Of a DNA stretch of 64,000 nt, positions 1 through 11,973 are shown piece by piece (the first letter of the stretch is position 1; each line of letters opens with the position of its first letter). The notes under the pieces were generated by a model, which did not search any database, was not told the origin of the DNA, and worked only from the letters and a program-made list of their open reading frames with translations. The position numbers were made by a program, and so were the translations under genes. Source of the stretch: an uncultured Gammaproteobacteria bacterium (GTDB taxonomy: Bacteria; Pseudomonadota; Gammaproteobacteria; DRLM01); the NCBI GenBank assembly GCA_963729605.1, contig CAVSNY010000004.1:32001-96000 (forward strand), read 5' to 3'.

Positions 1-78
1 GATCTGGGCCTCGGTGGGCTGAGCGAAGTGCCGGGTGAACCATGCGGCGACGGCGGGGTGAAAGTCGTGCAAAGGCAT
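1..78 (-). CDS. 5' end of an Lhr-like DEAD/DEAH helicase (runs off the window)
   Basis: Reverse strand from ATG at 78 reads MPLHDFHPAVAAWFTRHFAQPTEAQI, resembling the FHPxVxxWF...PTxxQ N-terminus (Q motif) of Lhr helicases. Confidence 0.65.
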   Translation of the reverse strand, partial: MPLHDFHPAVAAWFTRHFAQPTEAQI

Positions 79-334
79 GGCGGCATGATAACGCAAATCA
101 TCGCGTCAAATTTGCCGTGCCGCCGCTTTGAATCGTCGCGATATAAATAACTAATTGATTGTCAGGTGATAGTAAAGCTGGGCGCCTTACTTTGAGAAGC
201 GCCGCGCAAACGTGGCTTGCGAGCAAGCGCATTTCTTGGGGTCGGTGGTCGTTTGCGAGTTACGGCGCAATGCGGATCGTATTGAATCTCAGGGTTGCTC
301 GGCGCGCGGCGGTCGCCGGCATCGCCTCGGATTT

Positions 335-520
335 TTAAGGGCGGGGGATGAGTACGATGGAGTCCGGCATTTCGGTTTTCACTTGGAACGGCCGCGCGCT
401 GTGGGCGAAGCGCTCCAGGATTTTTTGCGCCTGCGCGGCGATGATGTGGTTGGCGCCGCGCAATACGATCATGTCCGACGAATAGAGTACGGTGAAATCG
501 GGGTTGCGGTATTCTGTCAT
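335..520 (-). CDS. Small hypothetical protein (61 aa)
   Basis: ORF with GAGG upstream and protein-like composition; lies downstream of a sigma54-type module on the same strand. Confidence 0.5.
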   Translation of the reverse strand: MTEYRNPDFTVLYSSDMIVLRGANHIIAAQAQKILERFAHSARPFQVKTEMPDSIVLIPRP

Positions 521-620
521 CGCATGGTCCTCAGTAATACTGCTGCGAGGTGTGGCTGGCCTAAGGGTGCGCGATCAGGGGTGGTCAGTCTTACCGGCCG
601 CTCCCTCGCGGGAGCCGGCA

Positions 621-800
621 TTGGGGCCTATATTCCTCCAAATTACATGCCAAATTAATTGGTGACCTATTCTCAATGGCTTATATTTTCAATGGCCGGC
701 TGATGTAAACTCCGCCGACATCTTTTGCGGATTTATTTTCAATTTTAATGAAAGCAGGGACATGGCCGGTTTGTTGTTGTATTGCCGCGGCGGTTTTGAA
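621..800. repeat. Direct repeat copy 1: promoter module plus the first 13 codons of rlmM
   Basis: Near-identical to 2111-2300 but lacks 13 nt (TCTGACGCGGTTT); ATG at 762 reads MAGLLLYCRGGFE then diverges and stops near 836. Confidence 0.95.
638..720 (-). promoter_or_regulatory. Duplicate TGT-N11-ACA box and sigma54-like site
   Basis: TGTAAACTCCGCCGACA at 704-720; minus strand TGGCATGTAATTTGG at 652-638 (weak -12). Confidence 0.5.
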
Positions 801-988
801 CAGGCATCAAATCCCGACTGGCCGGAAAACTGTTGACCAATCGCTGGTTTCTGCACGCACATGAACCGCGCCTGCGAAATTACTTGGGGAAGCTCCGATT
901 AATTCCCCAACCCGTCATTTACGCTTGAACCAACTTGCGGAGATGGGATGTCGAATTAATGAGTCTTACGTAGTAACGTGACAGTGTT

Positions 989-1063
989 GTAGGAGCGAGT
1001 TTGCTCGCGAACGGGTACGCCACCAAAGCATTCGCCACTAAGGTGACTCCTATGGGAGTCACC
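989..1063. repeat. Inverted pair of GTAG-type REP palindromes
   Basis: GTAGGAGCGAGTTTGCTCGCGAA at 989-1011 facing TTCGCCACTAAGGTGACTCCTAT at 1031-1053. Confidence 0.6.
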
Positions 1064-1162
1064 CTATTATGTAAGCCTCAATAGTTCAGTCAGCCCAGCA
1101 ACGCCTCAGCCGATGAGAGACACGCAGCAGTGATCTTGCTGGACCAGTAGGAAGATAGAAAT

Positions 1163-2086
1163 TTAAGCTGCTTTTCTCCGTGCCACACCGATCAAACCCA
1201 GCAGACCGGAAATGAACAGCCAAGCGGTGGCCGGCAATGGCACAGCGGCGGCGGTCAGGAATTGGCCGGACGAGGACTCGTATGTGAGTCCGTTCAGGTT
1301 GGTGAAATTGAATGTTGCGGTGTTTGCGAAATCTCCGGTTTGAGCGACGATACCAAGCTGCTGGTTGAAGGTGGCGGTGGTCAGCTGCAATTCGATGAGA
1401 TACAGCTGGCCGGCAACCGCATTGAGACTGCCACTCAGACCCAGATTCACAGGAATCGAGTTGCCGGCCGAGTCCACGGTGCAGTTGGAAATGCCATAGA
1501 TTGAGCAGCCGCCTGAGCCAGCGCCACGCACGCCCTGGATGCCGTACGCAGAAGCAGCCACGTAGGGGAACGGCGAGCCCGAGCCATTGTAGGCCGCGAA
1601 CTGAATGCCGCCGGTCGAACCAAAGTAGCTGGTCCACGATGTCACGTCGTACACCCGCGCAGCGGATTCGACATAGACCATGCCTGCGTTATAGAGGTTA
1701 CTGAGGCTGCCATCAATATCGAAGGAAAAGTCCACTGTGCCGGAACCACTGAACGTTACGAATTCCCATCCTATGGTCATGGAGGTGAAGCCCGCAGTAG
1801 AGGTCGCATCGACTTTGAGCTCGCCGGTCCCGAGATCGACACTGGCGTTAGCGTTACCGGTTGATCCGGACACTGACGTGCTTGTTGCTATGCCAGTGGC
1901 GAGACTGATTGATTGGGTCGCGGGAGTCGGCGAAACGGTTGCGTTGATATTGGTGACGGCCTGTGCCTGCGCTTGTGCCCCCGATGGAAACACGAAGGGC
2001 GCGGCGGTGGCCGGCGCGACGGTGCCCAGTAACACGGCGGCAGCTGCAAATGTGAAAAATGAAACGGATTGGGAGCGGGGCAACAT
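1163..2086 (-). CDS. VPLPA-CTERM (PEP-CTERM-class) sorting domain surface protein
   Basis: Signal peptide, S/T/G/A/N-rich body, C-terminal AVPLPATAWLFISGLLGLIGVARRKAA; strong AAGGAGGT RBS before ATG 2086. Confidence 0.9.
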   Translation of the reverse strand: MLPRSQSVSFFTFAAAAVLLGTVAPATAAPFVFPSGAQAQAQAVTNINATVSPTPATQSISLATGIATSTSVSGSTGNANASVDLGTGELKVDATSTAGFTSMTIGWEFVTFSGSGTVDFSFDIDGSLSNLYNAGMVYVESAARVYDVTSWTSYFGSTGGIQFAAYNGSGSPFPYVAASAYGIQGVRGAGSGGCSIYGISNCTVDSAGNSIPVNLGLSGSLNAVAGQLYLIELQLTTATFNQQLGIVAQTGDFANTATFNFTNLNGLTYESSSGQFLTAAAVPLPATAWLFISGLLGLIGVARRKAA

Positions 2087-2110
2087 GAGGACCTCCTTGA
2101 TTATTCTTCG

Positions 2111-2300
2111 TTGGGGCCTTTTGTTCAAATTATATGCCAAATTAATTGGTGGTCTATTCTCAATGGCTTATATTTTCAATAGCCGGCTGGTGTAAACTCC
2201 GCCGACATCTTTTGCGGTCTGACGCGGTTTATTTATTTTCAATTTTAATGAAAGCAGGGACATGGCCGGTTTGTTGTTGTATTGCCGCGGCGGTTTTGAA
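2111..2300. repeat. Direct repeat copy 2 (native rlmM start)
   Basis: Matches 621-800. Confidence 0.95.
2125..2207 (-). promoter_or_regulatory. PEP-CTERM-type regulatory module: enhancer box, IHF-like site and sigma54 promoter
   Basis: Minus strand TGTCGGCGGAGTTTACA (2207-2191, TGT-N11-ACA); IHF-like TCTCAATGGCTTA (2158-2170); TGGCATATAATTTGA (2139-2125) about 40 nt before the start codon. Confidence 0.7.
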
Positions 2301-3320
2301 AATGAATGCGCGGCGGAGATTCAAGGTCATGCCGCGCGTTTCGGGGTGGCGGGGTTCGTTAAGGCCAAGGCCGATACCGGGTTTGTGATATTTGAGACCT
2401 ATGAGGCGGAGGCGGCGGCCCATTTGCACGGGGTTTTGCCCTTCGCCGAACTGATCTTCGTTCGCCAGTGGTTCGTGATCACGGCCTGGCTGACGGCGTT
2501 ACCGGTCACCGATCGCGTGACGGCCATCGTGGCGGGCGCGGGCGTCTTGCCGGAATCGCCGCGGGCGGTGTTTCTGGAAACGCCGGATACCAATGAGGGC
2601 AAGGAACTGTCGGGCCTGTGCCGCGCCCTGCGCAAGCCCTTGGACAGCGCGTACCGGCTCAAGGCCGAGGTGGTCCCCGTCGCCGGCATTCGTCTTCATG
2701 TGTGTTTTCTCAGCGGCACCGCGGCCTATGTGGGTTACGCCGCAGTGCGCAACAGCGCGGCGTGGCCGATGGGAATACCGCGGTTGAAATCACCCCGCGG
2801 CGCGCCCAGCCGTTCCACCTTGAAACTGGACGAGGCCTTGCTGGAATTTCTCAGCCCGGCGGAACGCGAGGCGTTTTTGCGGCCGGGGATGCGCGCCGTG
2901 GATCTGGGCGCCGCCCCGGGCGGCTGGACCTGGCAATTGGTGCGCCGCCACATCCGCGTCACCGCCGTGGATAACGGCGCGATGGACGGCCGGCTCCTGG
3001 AATCGGGCTTGGTGGAACATGTGCGCGCCGACGGTTTCCGTTATCGTCCCAAGGAGGCGGTGGATTGGATGGTATGCGACATCGTCGAGCAACCGATCCG
3101 GGTCGCAGAACTCGCCGCGGCCTGGGTCGCGGAGGGCGGGTGCCGTCACACGGTATTCAACCTGAAATTACCGATGAAAAAACGCTACCAGGAAGTTCAG
3201 CGCTGCCTGGCGCAAATCCGCGAAAAATTGGACGGCGCGGGGCTGCGCTATCACCTGAGGTGCAAACAGCTTTATCACGATCGGGAGGAAGTAACGGTGT
3301 ATCTGCGGCGTGAAGGGTGA
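2262..3320 (+). CDS. rlmM: 23S rRNA (C2498-2'-O)-methyltransferase
   Basis: LYCRxGFE N-terminus, APSRSTLKL, VDLGAAPGGWT, KQLYHDREEVT. Confidence 0.95.
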   Translation: MAGLLLYCRGGFENECAAEIQGHAARFGVAGFVKAKADTGFVIFETYEAEAAAHLHGVLPFAELIFVRQWFVITAWLTALPVTDRVTAIVAGAGVLPESPRAVFLETPDTNEGKELSGLCRALRKPLDSAYRLKAEVVPVAGIRLHVCFLSGTAAYVGYAAVRNSAAWPMGIPRLKSPRGAPSRSTLKLDEALLEFLSPAEREAFLRPGMRAVDLGAAPGGWTWQLVRRHIRVTAVDNGAMDGRLLESGLVEHVRADGFRYRPKEAVDWMVCDIVEQPIRVAELAAAWVAEGGCRHTVFNLKLPMKKRYQEVQRCLAQIREKLDGAGLRYHLRCKQLYHDREEVTVYLRREG

Positions 3321-3434
3321 AAATCGGCACGGCCGGCGGGCGGTGATGAGGAACTTGCCGGGTCGCCAGTGTCGGTGTGGTCGGCGGAAAATCTGAATTG
3401 ATGGGATAAACGAGAAAGATTAATTAAGAAGGAT

Positions 3435-3734
3435 TTAATGATTGAGTTCGGGCGTGGCGGGATCGGAGAATTTCCAGGTTTTACCGCCGTGATTGCCCAT
3501 TTCAAAATTCAGCAGCGGCGGATCGGCTTGAAAAAAAGGCAGGTTGAGTGCGCCGCTGGGCAGCGGTTCGGGCAGGGAATCCAGACGCATGCCGTAGCGG
3601 GGCGCCGCGGTGTCGCCGATGGGCACGGTCCAATAAAGCATCACGGAGGGTTCGGGCAAACTCTCGTTGGCCGGGGCGGTTGTCGCGAACGCGAGGCTGA
3701 TGACGATGGCTGTTAGGGGGATAATTTTATTCAT
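3435..3734 (-). CDS. Small exported hypothetical protein
   Basis: Signal peptide MNKIIPLTAIVISLAFATTAPA; purine-rich RBS. Confidence 0.6.
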   Translation of the reverse strand: MNKIIPLTAIVISLAFATTAPANESLPEPSVMLYWTVPIGDTAAPRYGMRLDSLPEPLPSGALNLPFFQADPPLLNFEMGNHGGKTWKFSDPATPELNH

Positions 3735-4004
3735 ACTGCTCTTTTTCCCTACACTCAGGAGACCACCCTAGCGCAACGATTTGACCGGCGCAAGCGTTTT
3801 TACGGCCTTTTCGCCGGCTTTTTTTCACATGTTCTGGAACTGTTTGTTTCAGCGTATATTCGGCTTAAGAAAGGGATGCGCGGCGGTGCGGTGTTTTCCT
3901 GGTGAAGGGTGTTATATTGCCATCGCGTATTCCACGCCTGTCCCTAGGATTTTTCCGGACACCCGTATTTACCCTCGTGTCGCCAAGGCAAACGGAGGCT
4001 GCCC

Positions 4005-6170
4005 ATGAATACCCAGCTAAGTTCCGATCTGCAAAAGATTACCGAAGCGCGCCATCACGATCCGTTCTGCGTATTGGGCAAACATGATCAAGACGGCCAG
4101 GTCGAGGTGCGGGCTTACATCCCCTCCGCCACCGAGGTGATGGTGGTGGAAGGCGAGCACAGTCTGCGGCGTATCGCCGATACCGATCTCTTCGAGTGGC
4201 GGGGTACGCCGGGCAGCATCCCGGATCGTTATCGTCTGATCTGGCGCGACAGCGAGCGCCGCGAACACATCGCTCACGATCCCTATAGTTTTCCGCCCCA
4301 GCTCTCCGATTTCGATCTGCATTTGTTCGGCGAAGGCAAACATTGGCATGCCTACCGTTTTCTCGGCGCTCGCCCCCACGAAGTGGATGAGGTGCCCGGA
4401 ATCTTGTTCGCGGTGTGGGCGCCCAATGCCGAGCGGGTGAGCGTGGTGGGTGATTTCAATCGCTGGGACGGCCGTTGTCATCCGATGCGGGTGCGCGGCG
4501 GCAGCGGGGTGTGGGAGTTGTTCATTCCCGATCTCGCGCCGGGGGCGGTTTATAAATACGAGATCCGCAATCGCAACAGCGGCGAGATCCTGCTCAAGTC
4601 CGATCCTTACGGCCAGCAGTTCGAGCTGCGCCCCAAAACCGCCTCGGTGGTGACCGCCGACAGTCGTTATCAGTGGTATGACCAGCGCTGGCTGGAGCGG
4701 CGCCGGCAGTGGGATTGGTACCATTCGCCCATGTCGATCTACGAGGTGCATCTCGGTTCCTGGCAGCGCGGTCCGGAAGGCGAACCGCTCAATTACCGGG
4801 AACTGGCCCACCGCCTGGTGGCCTATGTGACGGAGATGGGTTTCAGCCACATCGAGTTATTGCCGGTAACGGAACACCCCTACGACCCGTCGTGGGGTTA
4901 TCAGGCCACCGGTTATTACGCGCCCACCCGCCGCTTCGGCAGCCCCGACGATTTCCGCTATTTCGTCGATTACTGTCATCAGCACGGCATCGGGGTGTTC
5001 GTCGATTGGGTGCCGGCGCACTTCCCGAAGGACGCCCACGGCCTCGCGCGTTTTGACGGCAGCGCCCTTTACGAACACGAAGACCCGCGGCTCGGCGAAC
5101 ATCTGGACTGGTCCACCCTCATCTACAATTTCAGCCGCAATGAAGTGAAAAATTTTCTACTGTCCAGCGCCATGTACTGGATCGAGGAATTTCACATCGA
5201 CGGCCTGCGGGTCGATGCGGTGGCCTCCATGCTCTATCTCGATTATTCGCGCACCGAATGGGTGCCCAACCAATACGGCGGCCGCGAAAATCTCGAGGCC
5301 ATCGATTTTCTGCGCCAACTCAACACCGCCGTTCACGCCGCCCACCCCGGCATATTGATGATGGCCGAGGAATCCACGTCCTGGCCGCAGGTGAGCCGGC
5401 CGGTGCACGTGGGCGGGCTGGGCTTCGATCTGAAATGGAATATGGGTTGGATGAACGATACCTTGAGTTATATGGAGCAGGAGCCGGTGCACCGCAAGTA
5501 CCATCACAACCGGCTCACCTTCAGCATGTTGTATTGCTTCACCGAAAATTTCCTGCTGCCGTTTTCCCACGACGAAGTGGTGCACGGCAAACAGTCCATG
5601 CTCCATAAAATGCCCGGCGACGAGTGGCAGAAACACGCCAATCTGCGCCTGCTCTACACCTATATGTTCACCCACCCCGGCAAGAAACTGCTGTTCATGG
5701 GCACCGAGTTCGGCCAGGGGCAGGAGTGGAACAGCACGCAGGTACTCGATTGGTATGTGCTCGATTATCCCTTGCACCAAGGCATGAAACGCGCGGTGCA
5801 GGATTTGAACCGCCTCTATCACGGCAGCCCGGCCTTGTACCGTTATGAATTCGAATGGCAAGGTTTCGCCTGGATTGATTGCAACGACGCCGATCAATCG
5901 GTGGTGAGTTTTATCCGCCGCGCCGGTGACGACTTTTTGTTGGTAATCGTCAATTTCACGCCGGTGCCGCGCCACGGTTACCGCATCGGCGTGCCGCGCG
6001 GTGGCGAATATCGCGAGGTATTCAATTCCGACGCGGCTATTTACGGCGGCAGCAATATGGGTAATGGCGGCCAGCGGCTGCAAGCGGAGGAACTGCCGTG
6101 GATGAACCAGCCCTATTCATTGTCCCTGACCCTGCCACCCTTGGCCGGTCTGATCGTCAAGCCCTGTTGA
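4005..6170 (+). CDS. glgB: 1,4-alpha-glucan branching enzyme
   Basis: [51 protein letters not shown]. Confidence 0.97.
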   Translation: MNTQLSSDLQKITEARHHDPFCVLGKHDQDGQVEVRAYIPSATEVMVVEGEHSLRRIADTDLFEWRGTPGSIPDRYRLIWRDSERREHIAHDPYSFPPQLSDFDLHLFGEGKHWHAYRFLGARPHEVDEVPGILFAVWAPNAERVSVVGDFNRWDGRCHPMRVRGGSGVWELFIPDLAPGAVYKYEIRNRNSGEILLKSDPYGQQFELRPKTASVVTADSRYQWYDQRWLERRRQWDWYHSPMSIYEVHLGSWQRGPEGEPLNYRELAHRLVAYVTEMGFSHIELLPVTEHPYDPSWGYQATGYYAPTRRFGSPDDFRYFVDYCHQHGIGVFVDWVPAHFPKDAHGLARFDGSALYEHEDPRLGEHLDWSTLIYNFSRNEVKNFLLSSAMYWIEEFHIDGLRVDAVASMLYLDYSRTEWVPNQYGGRENLEAIDFLRQLNTAVHAAHPGILMMAEESTSWPQVSRPVHVGGLGFDLKWNMGWMNDTLSYMEQEPVHRKYHHNRLTFSMLYCFTENFLLPFSHDEVVHGKQSMLHKMPGDEWQKHANLRLLYTYMFTHPGKKLLFMGTEFGQGQEWNSTQVLDWYVLDYPLHQGMKRAVQDLNRLYHGSPALYRYEFEWQGFAWIDCNDADQSVVSFIRRAGDDFLLVIVNFTPVPRHGYRIGVPRGGEYREVFNSDAAIYGGSNMGNGGQRLQAEELPWMNQPYSLSLTLPPLAGLIVKPC

Positions 6171-6307
6171 GTGGCCCGTCGTCGCTTGAATAGCGCCGCG
6201 GGTCCACGAGCCGTCCTATTTATTGCGGACAGTCCACCGCCGGGCAAATGCTTGGTGTAAGGCTTGCAGGGATATTTCCAATTGTGCGGCAGTGACGGGC
6301 GGCAAGG

Positions 6308-8485
<2,178 letters not shown>

Positions 8486-8515
8486 AGAGCGGCATGAAGC
8501 GCCATCGTTGATTAA

Positions 8516-9097
8516 AATCGATCTCAAAATCGACTGTGAGCCTATCCGGCGGGCGGGATCGCCCATGACGATGGCCTATTTGTCGGCGAGCGCTCCCTGT
8601 CTTGCAATCCCCGTTGCGATTTTTTGCGAGAGACTGGCAACTGAGGCAACCAATATTCGGTTAGGCACAGAAAAAATTCAGAACAAATACCCTCTCCCGC
8701 GGGCGGGAGAGGGACCGTCAGGGTGTCGCCGCGCGCGGCATTGATCGATACCCGCGCGCGCGGGAGAGGGTTGCACGGCGGTGCAACCCATGCGACCAAC
8801 GTCGATCGATACCCGCGCGGGAGAGGGATAATAAATCGTGATGCGCGCCCGGCATCTTGTCGTACCCTCTCCCGCGGGCGGGAGAGGGATTGGGTGAGGG
8901 GAGAGAGAGAAGGAGGATACCTCGTACGTGACGGCGGTCGTCCGACCACCCTCACCCCTTCCCCTCTCCCGCTCGCGGGAGAGGGGTGACGTTCACCGAG
9001 GTGGCTGTTGATCAAGCCCTTCCCCTCCCGCCCGCGGGAGAGGGGGAATGACGCCTCAGTCCGGCTTGGGATTTTTGTTCCAATTTTGAGATAGGTT
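8516..9097. mobile_element. MITE-like element B copy 1 filled with CCCTCTCCC/GGGAGAGGG REP hairpins
   Basis: Ends TTAA|AATCGATCTCAAAAT ... ATTTTGAGATAGGTT|CTAG; several CCCTCTCCCGCGGGCGGGAGAGGG-type palindromes inside. Confidence 0.65.
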
Positions 9098-9101
9098 CTA
9101 G

Positions 9102-9244
9102 AGAATCTCTGATTTATTCATAGGTCCCCGCGGCACAGTGGCATCTTTGATGGCGGGCAGTCATCGCGGATGGAGAATGGCGAAAATCATATTTTTGGTT
9201 TTCCGTTCCCTGAAAATTCCAGGATGGAATGATTCGGAGCTTTC
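9102..9244 (+). mobile_element. MITE-like element A (degenerate copy)
   Basis: CTAG|AGAATCTCTGATTTATTC ... AATTCCAGGATGGAATGATTCGGAGCTTTC; colinear with 16014-16163. Confidence 0.75.
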
Positions 9245-9414
9245 TTACTTGTCCCGCTCAGTGGAATGGCCGCGCTCAAGTTCTCCAGCCTCCTCTGTCA
9301 GGGAAGTGGATAGTCCATAATCGAGTCCATCGATCATTCCCGCCGCCTATCCCGGCGAGACAAGGGCGTGGCAAGCCGTTTATATTGCGGCCATACCAAT
9401 AAGAGACGCAGGCC

Positions 9415-9705
9415 ATGCATTATCGCGTTACCGCCTTATACGATTATCCCCCGCTTGAACGCACCGCCATCGTCGAGGCGGACAGTCCGCAACGCGCGAT
9501 GGTCAAGGCGCTCATCGAAGGCCGGCTGCCCACCGCCTTCCGGCGTGATGAGCAAGGCTGGCTGGAACCGTTGATGTGGTACCCTGGCCTGGCCGGTAAC
9601 CGGCGCTGGCCCACGGTAATCGGCGACGCGGTCTTGGAGTGGGGTGAAGAAGAGCCGCGGCATAAATTGAATTTTTACGTGGCCGAAGTAGGCGAGGGCG
9701 AATAG
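9415..9705 (+). CDS. Hypothetical protein (96 aa)
   Basis: Clean ORF with protein-like composition upstream of recQ. Confidence 0.6.
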   Translation: MHYRVTALYDYPPLERTAIVEADSPQRAMVKALIEGRLPTAFRRDEQGWLEPLMWYPGLAGNRRWPTVIGDAVLEWGEEEPRHKLNFYVAEVGEGE

Positions 9706-9829
9706 CGCCGCACGCCGGCCGTGACTTTGGCGGCCGGCATCGCCGATGCCGGATGCCTTCCGCACGATGAGCGCGGCAAGACGGCGGCGGCGTCCAAGCC
9801 GGCGGAGAATCCGGGTACAATGCCCGCCC

Positions 9830-11959
9830 ATGACGACTTCAGCGACCAGCGATACCAGCGAGATCGGCGCGACCTTGCGCCGGGTGTTCGGCTACCCGGA
9901 GTTCCGGCCTCATCAACGCGAGATCATCGAGGGCGTGCTCGCCGGGCAGGATGCCTTCGTGCTGATGCCCACCGGCGGCGGCAAGTCGCTGTGTTATCAG
10001 ATTCCCGCACTGCACCGGACGGGGGTGACGGTGGTGGTGTCGCCTCTTATCTCATTGATGAAGGATCAGGTCGATGCCTTGCGCGCCAACGGCGTGGCCG
10101 CGGCCTTTTACAACTCCGCCCTCGGCTCCGAAGAGGCGCGGCGGGTGTTGGCGCGGCTGCATGGGCGCGAGCTGGACCTGTTGTACATCAGTCCGGAACG
10201 TCTGCTGAGCGAAGGATTTCTGCAACGCCTGCGCGGGATCGACATCGCCTTGTTCGCCATCGACGAGGCCCATTGCGTGTCGCAATGGGGCCATGATTTC
10301 CGCCGCGAATACGCCCAGCTCGGTCTATTGCGCGGCGAGTTTCCGCAAGTGCCTTTGGTGGCGCTCACCGCCACCGCCGACGCCCAGACCCGCGAGGACA
10401 TCGTGCGGGTGCTCGGTCTGCAAAAGGCCAAACAGTACATCACCGGTTTCGATCGCCCCAACATCCGCTACACCGTGCTGGAAAAACACAAACCTTTTGA
10501 TCAGCTCATGCAATTTCTCGACGCGCGCCGCGGCCAGGCCGGCATCGTTTACGCGCTAAGTCGCAAGCGAGTGGAAGAATTGAGCGAAAAACTGCGCGAC
10601 GGCGGATTACGCGCCGCGGCCTATCACGCGGGCCTGCCCGGCGCGCAGCGCCAGGCGGCGCAGGAGGCCTTTCTGCGCGACGAATTGCAAGTGGTGGTGG
10701 CCACGGTGGCCTTCGGCATGGGCATCGACAAACCCAACGTGCGTTTCGTGGTGCATTACGATCTGCCTAAAAACATCGAAGGTTTTTATCAGGAGACCGG
10801 CCGCGCCGGCCGCGACGGTCTGCCCTCCGACGCGCTGTTGCTGCACGGCGCGCAGGATGCCGCCACCGCGCGGCGTTTCATCGACGCCATCGAACATCCC
10901 GAGCAGCGCCGCATCGAATTGCACAAACTCAATGCCATGGTCGGGCTGGCGGAGAGCGTGACCTGCCGGCGGCGGGTCTTGCTCAATTATTTCGGCGAGC
11001 GGCTGGGCGACGCCTGCGGCAACTGCGACGTCTGCCTCGATCCGCCGGCGCAGTTCGACGCGACCCTCGACGCGCAAAAGGCCTTGTCCTGCGTTTACCG
11101 GGTCGGCCAGCGTTTCGGTGTGGGCCACGTGGTAGACGTGCTGCGCGGCGCCGACAACGAACGGATCCGTTCCTTGGGCCATCAAAGCGTCTCCACGTAC
11201 GGCGTGGGCAGCGACAAGAGCGAGCAGGAGTGGACCTCCATCCTCCGTCAACTGATTCATCACGGCTATCTGACGCAGGACATCGCCAATTATTCCGTGC
11301 TGCAACTCACCGAGGCGGCGCGCCCGCTGCTGCGCGGCGAGCAGAGTTTGCGGCTGGCCAAGCCGCGCATCCGCGAACAGCTCAAAAAGAAACGGTCCAG
11401 ACTCGACGCGGGCACGGGCGGTTATGACGAAACGCTGTTCGATCGCTTGCGCGCCTTGCGCAAACGCCTCGCCGATGAGCAGGGCGTGCCGCCCTACATC
11501 GTGTTCGGCGACGCGACGCTCGCGCAGATGGCCCGCGACCAACCTTTGGACGAAGGCGCGCTGCTGACGGTGGTGGGTGTGGGCCAGCATAAATTGGAAA
11601 AATACGGCCACGATTTTCTGAACGCCATCGCCGACTATTGCCTGGCCAACGGCGAGCGCGGCGTCGCCATGGAACCGCCGCTGCGCGATACCTGGCTGGC
11701 CTATCAGGAAGGTCTCGACCTCGACGCCATCGCCAGCCGGCGCGGATTGCCCTTGACCCAGACCGCGGAACAATTGATGCGATTGATGGAACTGGGCCAG
11801 CCGGTCATACCCGAACGTTTGATCGCGGCGAAAAAATATCGGCTCATCGAAGCGGCCTTGACCCAATTGGGCGACGAAGCGGTGTGGGAGCATCTGCGTG
11901 GCGCCTTGCCGGCCTTCGTCGCCGATCACGAGATCGCCCTGGTGCGGGCCGGATGGTGA
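9830..11959 (+). CDS. recQ: ATP-dependent DNA helicase RecQ (RQC, HRDC, C-terminal HTH-like extension)
   Basis: MPTGGGKSLCYQ, DEAHCVSQWGHDFR, ATVAFGMGIDK, QETGRAGRDG, CGNCDVC; start moved to MTTSAT. Confidence 0.96.
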   Translation: MTTSATSDTSEIGATLRRVFGYPEFRPHQREIIEGVLAGQDAFVLMPTGGGKSLCYQIPALHRTGVTVVVSPLISLMKDQVDALRANGVAAAFYNSALGSEEARRVLARLHGRELDLLYISPERLLSEGFLQRLRGIDIALFAIDEAHCVSQWGHDFRREYAQLGLLRGEFPQVPLVALTATADAQTREDIVRVLGLQKAKQYITGFDRPNIRYTVLEKHKPFDQLMQFLDARRGQAGIVYALSRKRVEELSEKLRDGGLRAAAYHAGLPGAQRQAAQEAFLRDELQVVVATVAFGMGIDKPNVRFVVHYDLPKNIEGFYQETGRAGRDGLPSDALLLHGAQDAATARRFIDAIEHPEQRRIELHKLNAMVGLAESVTCRRRVLLNYFGERLGDACGNCDVCLDPPAQFDATLDAQKALSCVYRVGQRFGVGHVVDVLRGADNERIRSLGHQSVSTYGVGSDKSEQEWTSILRQLIHHGYLTQDIANYSVLQLTEAARPLLRGEQSLRLAKPRIREQLKKKRSRLDAGTGGYDETLFDRLRALRKRLADEQGVPPYIVFGDATLAQMARDQPLDEGALLTVVGVGQHKLEKYGHDFLNAIADYCLANGERGVAMEPPLRDTWLAYQEGLDLDAIASRRGLPLTQTAEQLMRLMELGQPVIPERLIAAKKYRLIEAALTQLGDEAVWEHLRGALPAFVADHEIALVRAGW

Positions 11960-11973
11960 GCGATTCCGGCTAG

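Noticed and set aside
525-600. c-di-GMP-I/GEMM-like riboswitch (GCGA loop, CCTAAG, TTACC)
   Set aside because: The GGCAAA/GACGCAAA core is missing and the orientation is opposite to the adjacent ORF
8508-9320. ORFs within the REP/MITE regions (also 21768-22293 and 52324-52746)
   Set aside because: They are translations of palindromic repeats (PLPRAGEG-type peptides), not credible proteins
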